From contig JBNKHE010000010.1 of NCBI GenBank assembly GCA_050290185.1, positions 65,575 to 129,574 on the forward strand: a stretch of 64,000 nucleotides of DNA, given 5' to 3'. The position numbers and the translations under genes were made by a program. The stretch comes from Pontiella sp. Lineage in GTDB: Bacteria > Verrucomicrobiota > Kiritimatiellia > Kiritimatiellales > Pontiellaceae. The notes beneath the pieces are model-generated. The model saw only the letters and a program-made list of their open reading frames with translations, was not told where the DNA came from and searched no databases. Positions 28,874 to 37,051 of the stretch are shown one piece after another. Position 1 is the stretch's first letter; the number at the start of each line of letters is the position of its first letter.

Positions 28874-31535
28874 GCCGCTTGACAAGAAACAATCTATTAG
28901 CTGTGCTCTACAAGAGCAGCTTGAGGAACTCAGAAGAAGAGTTCTGGGATACACTTTTGGCGGTCCACCATCCCAGTGGTGCGATGGAGACAGTGAACTA
29001 CCTGGCATACTTCTACCCCCGAATCCATTGGAGCCGCACACGGCGAGACGTATTCTATTTCGGGGGTGCGAGAAATACCAGAGCTGTGACCTGATTCCCG
29101 ATGAAGTACGTTGGAAAACATGGGAGGTCATGACAGATGACGAAAGAGATTCCCTTCGTTCTGTTGGTTGCTACCGTGCTTCACGTGCTGATGTTTGGGA
29201 TGTCAATGCTTTGCCGAGCCGCCAGAATACCAACTATAAAGGCGAATGGATAGGGAATCCATTTGGGTTGCGAACTACAGAGGTCGTCCATGCCGCAAAC
29301 AATCCAAAAGATCAAATCGATATTAGTAGACTACATCGTGATTATACTCCGTGCCCAGTTGGGGGTTGTATAACGCCTGAGATGCAGCGTACTTTCGAGT
29401 GGAAGTATACCGATGGCTCTGACCATGTAGGTCTTTGCCACACCGAGGCTTGCCCTTTCCATTACAGGCACACTGGCGATACATTGATTCATGCTGAAGC
29501 CAATCCCCTGCGTTTTGCACAATGTCATGTAACAAAACCACATTTCAGGCAACTTCTAGAGGACAATGGCATAGTCGTCGTCGCCCCAGTTCATCGATCG
29601 CCAGAGGGCCGAGATGCCCCGGGTGAATCCTATTGGTATCCATTCTATGCCGGATATGCTTTCTTACAAGTCCCTTCCCGAGCACCGATAAAGAAGGGAT
29701 TCCTGGACTGCTCTCTTACAGTTCGTTGGCTACTTACTCGCCTTGAGCGAGAGAATCTGTCTCGTGCATTCCGGCGACTTCCTATCCGGGCAGTCTTCGA
29801 GGCAGCTGAGAAAGGCATGCACACGACATCTTGGGAGAAGCGCTTGGGGATAATCTCTGTTTCAGAGGGACAGGCTTCCTTCTTCCTTTTGCAGTGGATA
29901 TTATGCAGGCGCATGCTGGCAATGCTCTCCAAAGCAGATGTCACGGAGACGCTATCCCTCACATCTAAACTGGAGTGGGTATACGCGGGACAAGGGGAGG
30001 CTTTCCATGAACGTCTATCTGAGATTGAGTCCCTAGGATTTGAGCTTCAAAGTCAATTCGGATTGTCCACAGCAAATGATGGAAGTTTTGTTCGCGTGGC
30101 GGACTTCCGGGATGATTTAGCGTTGCTTGGTCTAATTGATGAGAATGATAGGCCAACACGAAGATTTGAATGCTCTCTTCTCTGGCTCAAAGCGCGAATT
30201 GCGTGGGCTGATAAGCGTTGTCATGACAGTAAGGAGGATACTCTCGATGATGTCGTGGCTTCAAGGCTTGGATCATTGCTCAATGATGCGCGCTATTTAT
30301 GTGAAGAAGCTCTAAAGGACAAGGAACATCTGTCTTGGGCTCTCCCAAGGTTCGTTTGGCTCTTGATCTCCATAGCATCAGGACAGCATCTAAAGGCTCC
30401 TCGTATGCCGGGAGCTGACTGGCATTCTATGGAGTCGATCAAAGTCCATAATCCAGCCGAACTCACAGAGCAGGTCCGCACATACATATCACCAAATACT
30501 GAGGATACTCTATTCGGCTTATGCAGTCTCGTACCTGCCATGCACATTCTTGTTAGATCCGGCTGGCATACACCCTTGCGCTGGCTGTTCGTTCCATTAA
30601 ACATAACGGCTTACGTTCCTCCCGGGCAGGAGCAGCGAGTTGGTGGCAATTTGTCGCGTATTTCTTCCGGACTCATCATAATGCTTGAGGATAATCTTCA
30701 AAGTCTCCCTTACCAAGTGCCTCGCGAGGGATATGGTGAGAACAGAAAGGATGACGACATCATACTTGAACGTCTTGAAAGAACCTTGCCCTATCTATCG
30801 AGCATAGCAGATGCAGAACTTGCTTGTCTTCAAGATGACATAGTTCAGGCATATCGTGAATGGGAAATGCAGGAACCTCGATTCGCACAAGTGGTTCATT
30901 TTTTGCGAGAAGTCGCTCAGGATCTTAGGTCCTCAAAGGGTGAGGATGCTGATTCATTGCGCCGAGTTGTAAACATCCTTTCTCAGCAGTTTTTCATAAG
31001 ACCCGGTCCAGCTTTTGGATCTCCAGCTAGGTCGGTTCATGTTGAGGTTGATGCTGTAAAGGCGGCGAACGAGGCCGTTGCTGCCTTCAATGCATACTAT
31101 ATACGACATTACAGTTGCACGGCGGTATTCAATGAGCTTGGTGTAAGTGAAGAACCACGCTCTGTAAAGATTAAACCTTATGATCAGAAACACGATGGTA
31201 GGAAAGAAGATCAATTATCAGTACAGGGCTATTATTCACTTATCTGGATACTCCTCGATATGCTCGCACAGCGAGCTCCGTATGCTAAAGGAAAAACACT
31301 CCGCCTGTGCATTAGGTCCGATAGGGAGGGTGAACTCACATTTGAGGTTCAAGTACCAGGAAGGTTGACATTAGAGTGGGAGTATCCTCGCGATAGTCTC
31401 AGTCGCTTTTCGGGCCGGAGAGGATTCTATAACCTCTTTGCCAATGCCATTGCTCTTGGTTGCCCTTATGCTGCAATTATCCCTACAAAATATGATCAGC
31501 CCGCTCTTTTACGCCTCTCATTTTATCGGAGATAG
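28866..31535 (+). CDS. Large soluble protein; putative highly divergent sensor kinase-like protein
   Basis: Overlaps the ATPase stop. Cys/His-rich N-terminal part; C-terminal VVHFLRE (H-box-like) and GRRGFYNL...LG (G2-like); directly precedes a receiver protein. Confidence 0.5.
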   Translation: MPEPLDKKQSISCALQEQLEELRRRVLGYTFGGPPSQWCDGDSELPGILLPPNPLEPHTARRILFRGCEKYQSCDLIPDEVRWKTWEVMTDDERDSLRSVGCYRASRADVWDVNALPSRQNTNYKGEWIGNPFGLRTTEVVHAANNPKDQIDISRLHRDYTPCPVGGCITPEMQRTFEWKYTDGSDHVGLCHTEACPFHYRHTGDTLIHAEANPLRFAQCHVTKPHFRQLLEDNGIVVVAPVHRSPEGRDAPGESYWYPFYAGYAFLQVPSRAPIKKGFLDCSLTVRWLLTRLERENLSRAFRRLPIRAVFEAAEKGMHTTSWEKRLGIISVSEGQASFFLLQWILCRRMLAMLSKADVTETLSLTSKLEWVYAGQGEAFHERLSEIESLGFELQSQFGLSTANDGSFVRVADFRDDLALLGLIDENDRPTRRFECSLLWLKARIAWADKRCHDSKEDTLDDVVASRLGSLLNDARYLCEEALKDKEHLSWALPRFVWLLISIASGQHLKAPRMPGADWHSMESIKVHNPAELTEQVRTYISPNTEDTLFGLCSLVPAMHILVRSGWHTPLRWLFVPLNITAYVPPGQEQRVGGNLSRISSGLIIMLEDNLQSLPYQVPREGYGENRKDDDIILERLERTLPYLSSIADAELACLQDDIVQAYREWEMQEPRFAQVVHFLREVAQDLRSSKGEDADSLRRVVNILSQQFFIRPGPAFGSPARSVHVEVDAVKAANEAVAAFNAYYIRHYSCTAVFNELGVSEEPRSVKIKPYDQKHDGRKEDQLSVQGYYSLIWILLDMLAQRAPYAKGKTLRLCIRSDREGELTFEVQVPGRLTLEWEYPRDSLSRFSGRRGFYNLFANAIALGCPYAAIIPTKYDQPALLRLSFYRR

Positions 31536-31537
31536 AT

Positions 31538-33328
31538 ATGAAGATTGTATATGTTGATGACCAGACTCAATTTCATGATGATAAAATCGTTGAGCGTACT
31601 GCGAAGCTATTATCGGAACGGATCGGGATTCCTGTTGAATATAGTTTTGTCACATGTGGGGGAGATGATGACAACACGTTAATGTTAGATGAAAAAGGAC
31701 GTCGAGTATACTCTTCGGATCAAAATGAATACGATGCAATCCCTGCTCAACCTATAGAAGATGCGGCGCAGGATTGCGATTCTCTATTTCTCTTGGATGT
31801 TAAATTTCCAGATAGTGAATTCTACGGGATTCTCTTGGCGAAATATTTGTCAAATAAGCATTCTGTCGATACAGGACGCATCCTTCTGTTTACACAATAT
31901 CGTGATTTGGTGTTGGAAAAAGAGCGTTGTGCTGGAGGGGATGTCAGTTGGTTCAAGTTTTATAGCAAAGATGAATTTTTAAATAAGGATACAGGCTGGA
32001 AAAGACTCGCCAGTGATCTTGAAGGTCGAGTCCGGGCATTTAGTAAGAGCCTTCCTCCTAGCCCACGGAAGGGCCCAGATATGGGCCACGTCCTATTGGG
32101 GCAGTCTTCCTGCTGGAAGAAAGTCGAGGAGAAGATTAACAAGGCTGCGCAGACCGATACACGAGTGCTTATTCTAGGTGAGTCAGGTACAGGAAAGGAA
32201 CTTGTAGCACAAAAAATCCATAATTTAAGCGCAAGAGGATATGCGGACCTCATTCCAGTCTACTGTGGCGAGCCAAACCAGAATTTAATTGAAAGCGAAC
32301 TCTTTGGGCACGAAAAAGGCGCATTCACTGGAGCAATGCAACATAGAATTGGGCTACTCGAGAGTGCAAATGATGGAACGATTCTATTCGACGAGATCGC
32401 CGATGTGCCAATACCTGTTCAATTGAAATTGTTTCGAGTGCTCCAAGAAAAAAAATTTAAGCGAGTTGGCGGAAATGACTGGAGACCACTCAAGGCGCGG
32501 GTGATGGCAGCCACGAACAAAGACCTCCAGAAAGAAATCAAGGAAGGAAGGTTCAGAGAAGAGCTCTACTATCGACTCAAGGTCTTTACCATTCACCTAC
32601 CCCCATTGCGTGAAAGGGAGGGTGACATCCTATTGTTGGCAGCGCATTTTTTAAAGAAGTTCTCTGCAATTAAGCGAGAGCAGGTACTTGGTTTCACCCC
32701 TACATCACTAGCGCACCTCCAAATCTACTCATGGCCGGGAAACATCAGGGAACTCGAAAACGCCATTGAGGGTGCGGTTGCCAACTGCTCAGGTTCTCAG
32801 ATTGAGGTAGGCGATCTTCCCGAATTTCCCACTGATCGTTGTAACATTCACCCGAAAATGGAGTGTGCTGTAGCATCATGGACCGAGCTATACAGTCAAT
32901 TTGATGTTCTCGTTCCTGGGAAGCAGGATCGCAGGAAATTCTCAAAGTGTTTAATGCAGGCAGCCCAAGAGCGGAACGCAGGCAATGATGGAAAGGCTGA
33001 CAAATGGGTATTATCTCTCATGCTCGCACTTGCACATGAACTACGCATACTCTCGACGACTCTCAGGGGGGGGGAATTGCGTTTTCTGTGTTTAATAGTC
33101 GGAGCGGTGGCAAATTTTACAACAGAAGGCCGTGCATTCCTGCGTGAAGAATGTCGGCTCGAAGAAGATAATGAGATTGAAGCGATGATTCAAAAAGCTG
33201 AGAGAGGCACTGGCCACTCATTAGACGGATGGTGGGGTAATTTCAAGTTGGCTCAATCCGATATTCGCATGTATCTTGAAGACAAAATTACAGAAGTTAG
33301 AAAACAGCTAGGATCAGTATCGGACTAG
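31538..33328 (+). CDS. Sigma54-dependent enhancer-binding response regulator
   Basis: REC domain (VDD, LLD, FT, SK); GESGTGKE, ESELFGHEKGAFTGA, FDEI and WPGNIREL. Confidence 0.92.
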   Translation: MKIVYVDDQTQFHDDKIVERTAKLLSERIGIPVEYSFVTCGGDDDNTLMLDEKGRRVYSSDQNEYDAIPAQPIEDAAQDCDSLFLLDVKFPDSEFYGILLAKYLSNKHSVDTGRILLFTQYRDLVLEKERCAGGDVSWFKFYSKDEFLNKDTGWKRLASDLEGRVRAFSKSLPPSPRKGPDMGHVLLGQSSCWKKVEEKINKAAQTDTRVLILGESGTGKELVAQKIHNLSARGYADLIPVYCGEPNQNLIESELFGHEKGAFTGAMQHRIGLLESANDGTILFDEIADVPIPVQLKLFRVLQEKKFKRVGGNDWRPLKARVMAATNKDLQKEIKEGRFREELYYRLKVFTIHLPPLREREGDILLLAAHFLKKFSAIKREQVLGFTPTSLAHLQIYSWPGNIRELENAIEGAVANCSGSQIEVGDLPEFPTDRCNIHPKMECAVASWTELYSQFDVLVPGKQDRRKFSKCLMQAAQERNAGNDGKADKWVLSLMLALAHELRILSTTLRGGELRFLCLIVGAVANFTTEGRAFLREECRLEEDNEIEAMIQKAERGTGHSLDGWWGNFKLAQSDIRMYLEDKITEVRKQLGSVSD

Positions 33329-33339
33329 GAAACTACCTT

Positions 33340-34053
33340 ATGGAAAACCACCCCCACGGTCGCCACGTAACCAGACAAGAATTCTTCTACGTCCTTCAGG
33401 ACAACTACGATGAACATGCTGAGGTCTCTATTCCTGGTTATCTCAATATGCACACTGAAATGGAGCAGTTTGCGAGTCGCAGGTGGAATGTATCTGCGCC
33501 ACTAAGGATTTTGGATCTCGGCACAGGCACAGGAAAAACAGTTGAACTCCTCCTTGATCATTTCCCGCAGAGCACTGCGGTTGCCGTCGACATTTTCGAC
33601 GAGATGTTGAACCATGCCCAAATCCGTCTTTGCAAGTACGGAAACCGGGTTGAACTGCGCAAAGGGGATTTCTCCGATATGTTACTTGAGCAGGGATATG
33701 ATTTGTGTGTCTCTGCGCTCGCGATCCACCATCAGAATCCTCAAGGTAAAAGAGATCTGTTCAGTCGCATATACCAGTCGCTGATGCCTGGTGGTTGCTT
33801 TTGCATGATCGATTGGATCAAATTTGACGATCCAAGAGAGGAGGGTGCCGCTCTCGAGGCAGCGGAAGTGCATGTCCGGAGCGCAGTCCCAGACAAAATC
33901 GCCGACCAGTGGGTCGAGCACTGGCGAGAACTCAACATCCCGGACACAGCAGAAAATATGTGTCAATGGCTCAGAGATGCTGGATTTTCATTTGTTTTTT
34001 GCCCCATTCATCATTATGGGATGGCACTTATATACGCCATAAAAGAATCATGA
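33340..34053 (+). CDS. Class I SAM-dependent methyltransferase
   Basis: ILDLGTGTG, YDLCVSALAIHH and LMPGG. Confidence 0.9.
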   Translation: MENHPHGRHVTRQEFFYVLQDNYDEHAEVSIPGYLNMHTEMEQFASRRWNVSAPLRILDLGTGTGKTVELLLDHFPQSTAVAVDIFDEMLNHAQIRLCKYGNRVELRKGDFSDMLLEQGYDLCVSALAIHHQNPQGKRDLFSRIYQSLMPGGCFCMIDWIKFDDPREEGAALEAAEVHVRSAVPDKIADQWVEHWRELNIPDTAENMCQWLRDAGFSFVFCPIHHYGMALIYAIKES

Positions 34054-35426
34054 GTGCTGACGGATCAAAGCCTCTTGCTGATGTTGTGACGGTAAGTGCT
34101 CCTGAAGAGGGTTGCCGTGACATCAATCTCGACAATGCCGCTACAACTCCACCGTTACTTGCAGTGGAAAAGGCTGTTCACGCAGTTATGCACTCATATG
34201 GGAGCGTTCATCGGGGATCTGGTTCTCTATCTCGTATCTCTACCTATATTCTGGAACGTGCTCGACAACGTATCTTCGAGTTTGCAGGCGGGCACAATAG
34301 GGATGACACCATTATTTTTGGACACAATTCAACAACCTGCATGAATATTCTTGCACGCCGAATGGCGCAAACTTATGGAGAGGGATTCTGTGCAGTTAGC
34401 TCTGTTGCGGAGCATACTAGCAACTTACTTCCATGGCTACGATGGGCTTCCGTAGTTCGCTGTCGCCTTACGCAAGATGGCGATTGGGACCTAGATCACC
34501 TAGATCACCTTCTTGCGCAACCCAATCGACCACGAGTTGTTGCCATCACATCTGCCTCGAACGTTACCGGTCGCTTAACAAACGTTGATGATGTAGCGCG
34601 TTTAGCCCATGAGTATGGTATCCCTATAGCAGTAGATGCTTCACAGTTTGTTGCCCATCGATGCTTGAGCAAGGCACGAAGCGGGAGTAGTGATCTTTGG
34701 GATTTTGTAGTTTTTGCAGGGCATAAAATGTATGCGCCATATGGCGTAGGAGTATTGGTAGGACCTGCCAAGTGGTTTTCTTCAGGGTGGCCTGATCATC
34801 CTGGTGGCGGAACAATATCAATGATAAATGGAGACCAAATCGCATGGTCACCCTTGCCATATCGTGAGGAGGGAGGTACTCCAAATTACCCAGGTATTGT
34901 TGCTATAGCATCCGCCGCTGAGGAAATAGAAAACATAGGGTTTGAGCGCATAGAAGCTCATGAAGCTTCGCTTTTATCAACGGCAGCGGAAGTCTTTGGC
35001 GCACTTAAAGAAGTGATGCTTTTTCGTCCCCTAGATCGCCAAAGCACAAAATGGTTGCCAGTATTTCCGTTTTCTGTTCATGGGTATGAGCACCAATATG
35101 TGGGGAATTATTTAGGGCATACTAAAAATATCGCAGTAAGAACTGGCCATGTATGTCAGCACGAGTTCGTACGTAAACTGCTAGGAGTTTCCGATTTAAA
35201 GCGTAATGAATTATTCGAGGCAGCAAAGCATGGTAACCTTAATGGAATGTATGGCGTCATACGTGCTAGTTGTGGATTGACCAATACAATTGCTGACATA
35301 AAGTCGCTTGGCATGGCACTCGAAGAGCTTTTGCTCGAAAGAAAAACATCTAAAGTTGATTTTGTTGAAAAACCGGTTGTGAATATCCCTCATGAAACTC
35401 TTTCTAAACTTCCATGGTTGGTTTAA
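34050..35426 (+). CDS. Class V PLP enzyme, SufS/selenocysteine lyase-like
   Basis: ATGA overlap at 34050; LDNAATT, EHTSN, DASQ, GHKMYAP, GTPN and VRTGHVC (catalytic Cys position). Confidence 0.88.
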   Translation: MSADGSKPLADVVTVSAPEEGCRDINLDNAATTPPLLAVEKAVHAVMHSYGSVHRGSGSLSRISTYILERARQRIFEFAGGHNRDDTIIFGHNSTTCMNILARRMAQTYGEGFCAVSSVAEHTSNLLPWLRWASVVRCRLTQDGDWDLDHLDHLLAQPNRPRVVAITSASNVTGRLTNVDDVARLAHEYGIPIAVDASQFVAHRCLSKARSGSSDLWDFVVFAGHKMYAPYGVGVLVGPAKWFSSGWPDHPGGGTISMINGDQIAWSPLPYREEGGTPNYPGIVAIASAAEEIENIGFERIEAHEASLLSTAAEVFGALKEVMLFRPLDRQSTKWLPVFPFSVHGYEHQYVGNYLGHTKNIAVRTGHVCQHEFVRKLLGVSDLKRNELFEAAKHGNLNGMYGVIRASCGLTNTIADIKSLGMALEELLLERKTSKVDFVEKPVVNIPHETLSKLPWLV

Positions 35427-35698
35427 TCGATAAAAGATGAATCTTCGCTCTTTCGCACGTCATCCTGCTAATAATCGAAAAACGTTTGTAAAACATTTCG
35501 ATACTACGACCTAACGATGATGCAACGAAAAGATTACATATCGGATACGTTCTGATACCCGTATGTAATAACTAATTCTGCATAATGGTCTTGCAGTTAT
35601 CGTTCAACGTTTGCGGTTCGTACACACGCCTCCATGGCACAGATCCTTCTATGGGACTGTTGCAATTAATAGCAAACCAGCATGTTAGGAGGGTGGTC

Positions 35699-35854
35699 AT
35701 GAAAGAAATTATCAAGGTAGTTGGGGTTATATTCGATAAAGTAAACAGCGAAGTTGGCGTCGTTACTGTTCTGTCTCTTTTAGTTGTAGCTCTTGCATTA
35801 TGGGTAGTGCGCGAAGCTATTAAATCCAGCAATCGCCGATCAAATAAAGAATAA
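35699..35854 (+). CDS. Small single-TM protein (51 aa)
   Basis: GGAGG RBS; hydrophobic VGVVTVLSLLVVALALWVV followed by a basic tail. Confidence 0.6.
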   Translation: MKEIIKVVGVIFDKVNSEVGVVTVLSLLVVALALWVVREAIKSSNRRSNKE

Positions 35855-35967
35855 ATTGACTAATGGACAGTGTCGCTAATAGAACCAATGTTGGTGGCAC
35901 TGTTCACATTTTCTCCGGCACATACCGTCGTTGTGTATGCGTTGCGAGAAATGTATGTGGCCGACTA

Positions 35968-36447
35968 TCAATTCGGTGGTGATTTGCACTCAAGTTTGGA
36001 CTTCCACGCTATCAGCTCATCCATAAAATTCATGTATACGGGCTGTTCTCCAGCTGTTTTGTGGTAGCCCTTCAAACGCGCAAGCTCTATGGCGGATGCC
36101 TGCTGTTCTTTGACCGATGCCTCTGGATGATGAACAATGCCAGCATGCCACGCGATAAGTTGTTCGATTGACATATCCTTCGCGCCAGGCTCGATGGATG
36201 TCGATAGAGAGGCTTTGCGTGCCATCAGTTGGCGCACATGGGGCTTGCGGTTGAGTTCCGCACAACGAACGGAGGAATGGGCTTCAGCATATCCGGCGTT
36301 TGTGGCACATGCCGCGCATGTTTCTTCGGGGAATGCCATCCTGTTCACGATGTAGCGAAGCTGCTGGGCGGTGTATTTCTTCATCTCCAGCATGTGGGAT
36401 CTATTGAGTTCCAGTTTTGAGTCAGCCTTATGCGTCATGTGGTCCAT
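35968..36447 (-). CDS. Terminase small subunit-like protein
   Basis: YTAQQLRY...CATNAGYA...AELNRKPHVRQL matches the TerS N-terminal HTH pattern. Confidence 0.65.
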   Translation of the reverse strand: MDHMTHKADSKLELNRSHMLEMKKYTAQQLRYIVNRMAFPEETCAACATNAGYAEAHSSVRCAELNRKPHVRQLMARKASLSTSIEPGAKDMSIEQLIAWHAGIVHHPEASVKEQQASAIELARLKGYHKTAGEQPVYMNFMDELIAWKSKLECKSPPN

Positions 36448-36668
36448 CCCTTTGTTTTGTGCCGCCTTGAATATAATGAATCGTTAATGTTTGTGGCAAG
36501 TAAATCATGGGGGCCAAAATGTATGTACATGTGACTCCTGACTGGAACGATCCACTTACCCCGTCACGGGCAGATGGGACCCAAAGGAGGGGTGGGGGTA
36601 TTCCCGCTATGTAGTGTTCTGCGCCTGCGTTACTGGTTTCCACAAGGTGGTGTCCGGATTTTCAATCG

Positions 36669-36710
36669 TTGAGTTATGGCGTCCAAGCAATTGAGTTATC
36701 GTTGAGTTAT
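36669..36710 (+). promoter_or_regulatory. Putative integrase arm-type sites (right)
   Basis: TTGAGTTAT at 36669, 36691 and 36702. Confidence 0.7.
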
Positions 36711-36795
36711 TTTCAGTGGACAGTGGCGATCTGTGGTGGACGATCGTTCAGGTCGGAAAATCAGGTGAAAGTCGAGATAGCGCATTTTAAGCAAT

Positions 36796-36827
36796 AAAAA
36801 AGGGCCTAAGCTGATGCTTAGACCCTT
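36796..36827 (-). terminator. Terminator downstream of the tRNA fragment
   Basis: AAAAAAGGGCCTAAGC-tgat-GCTTAGACCCTT. Confidence 0.7.
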
Positions 36828-36833
36828 AGAAGT

Positions 36834-36883
36834 TGGTAGCGGGGCTCGGATTTGAACCGAGGACCTTCAGGTTATGAGCCTGA
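36834..36883 (-). repeat. att site: 3' half of tRNA-fMet; junction of islands 1 and 2
   Basis: The reverse complement is TCAGGCTCATAACCTGAAGGTCCTCGGTTCAAATCCGAGCCCCGCTACCA; there is no 5' half. Confidence 0.9.
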
Positions 36884-37051
36884 AAATAAACATGCAGTAA
36901 TGTGTGATAATATCAGTAAATGCTGGTTTATTTCCGCTTTGTTTCTTTGGTGGTTGGTGGGTTGGTTGGTTTTTGGTGTTGCTCCGTTCTCTGGGTTTCT
37001 CTACGTTCGTAGCGTCATAAAAGCATTGCTGGTGCTAGGAAGGGGAAACGT

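Larger units (their letters stand above)
8514..36883. mobile_element. Integrative element 1 (~28.4 kb) at tRNA-fMet; satellite-like, with defence and signalling cargo
   Basis: 50-bp direct repeats at both ends (1 mismatch), integrase beside the left repeat, shared TTGAGTTAT repeats near both ends, and Xis-, PolA- and TerS-like genes. Confidence 0.88.

Noticed and set aside
29480..29530. HAEAN deaminase motif in the 889-aa protein
   Set aside because: There is no downstream PCxxC, so it is probably coincidental.
33909..34049. Extended N-terminus of the PLP enzyme
   Set aside because: It overlaps the methyltransferase; the ATGA-coupled start at 34050 is more plausible.
36834..36883. Intact tRNA-Met genes here and at 8514-8564
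   Set aside because: Only the anticodon arm to CCA is present; the D arm and 5' acceptor strand are missing.
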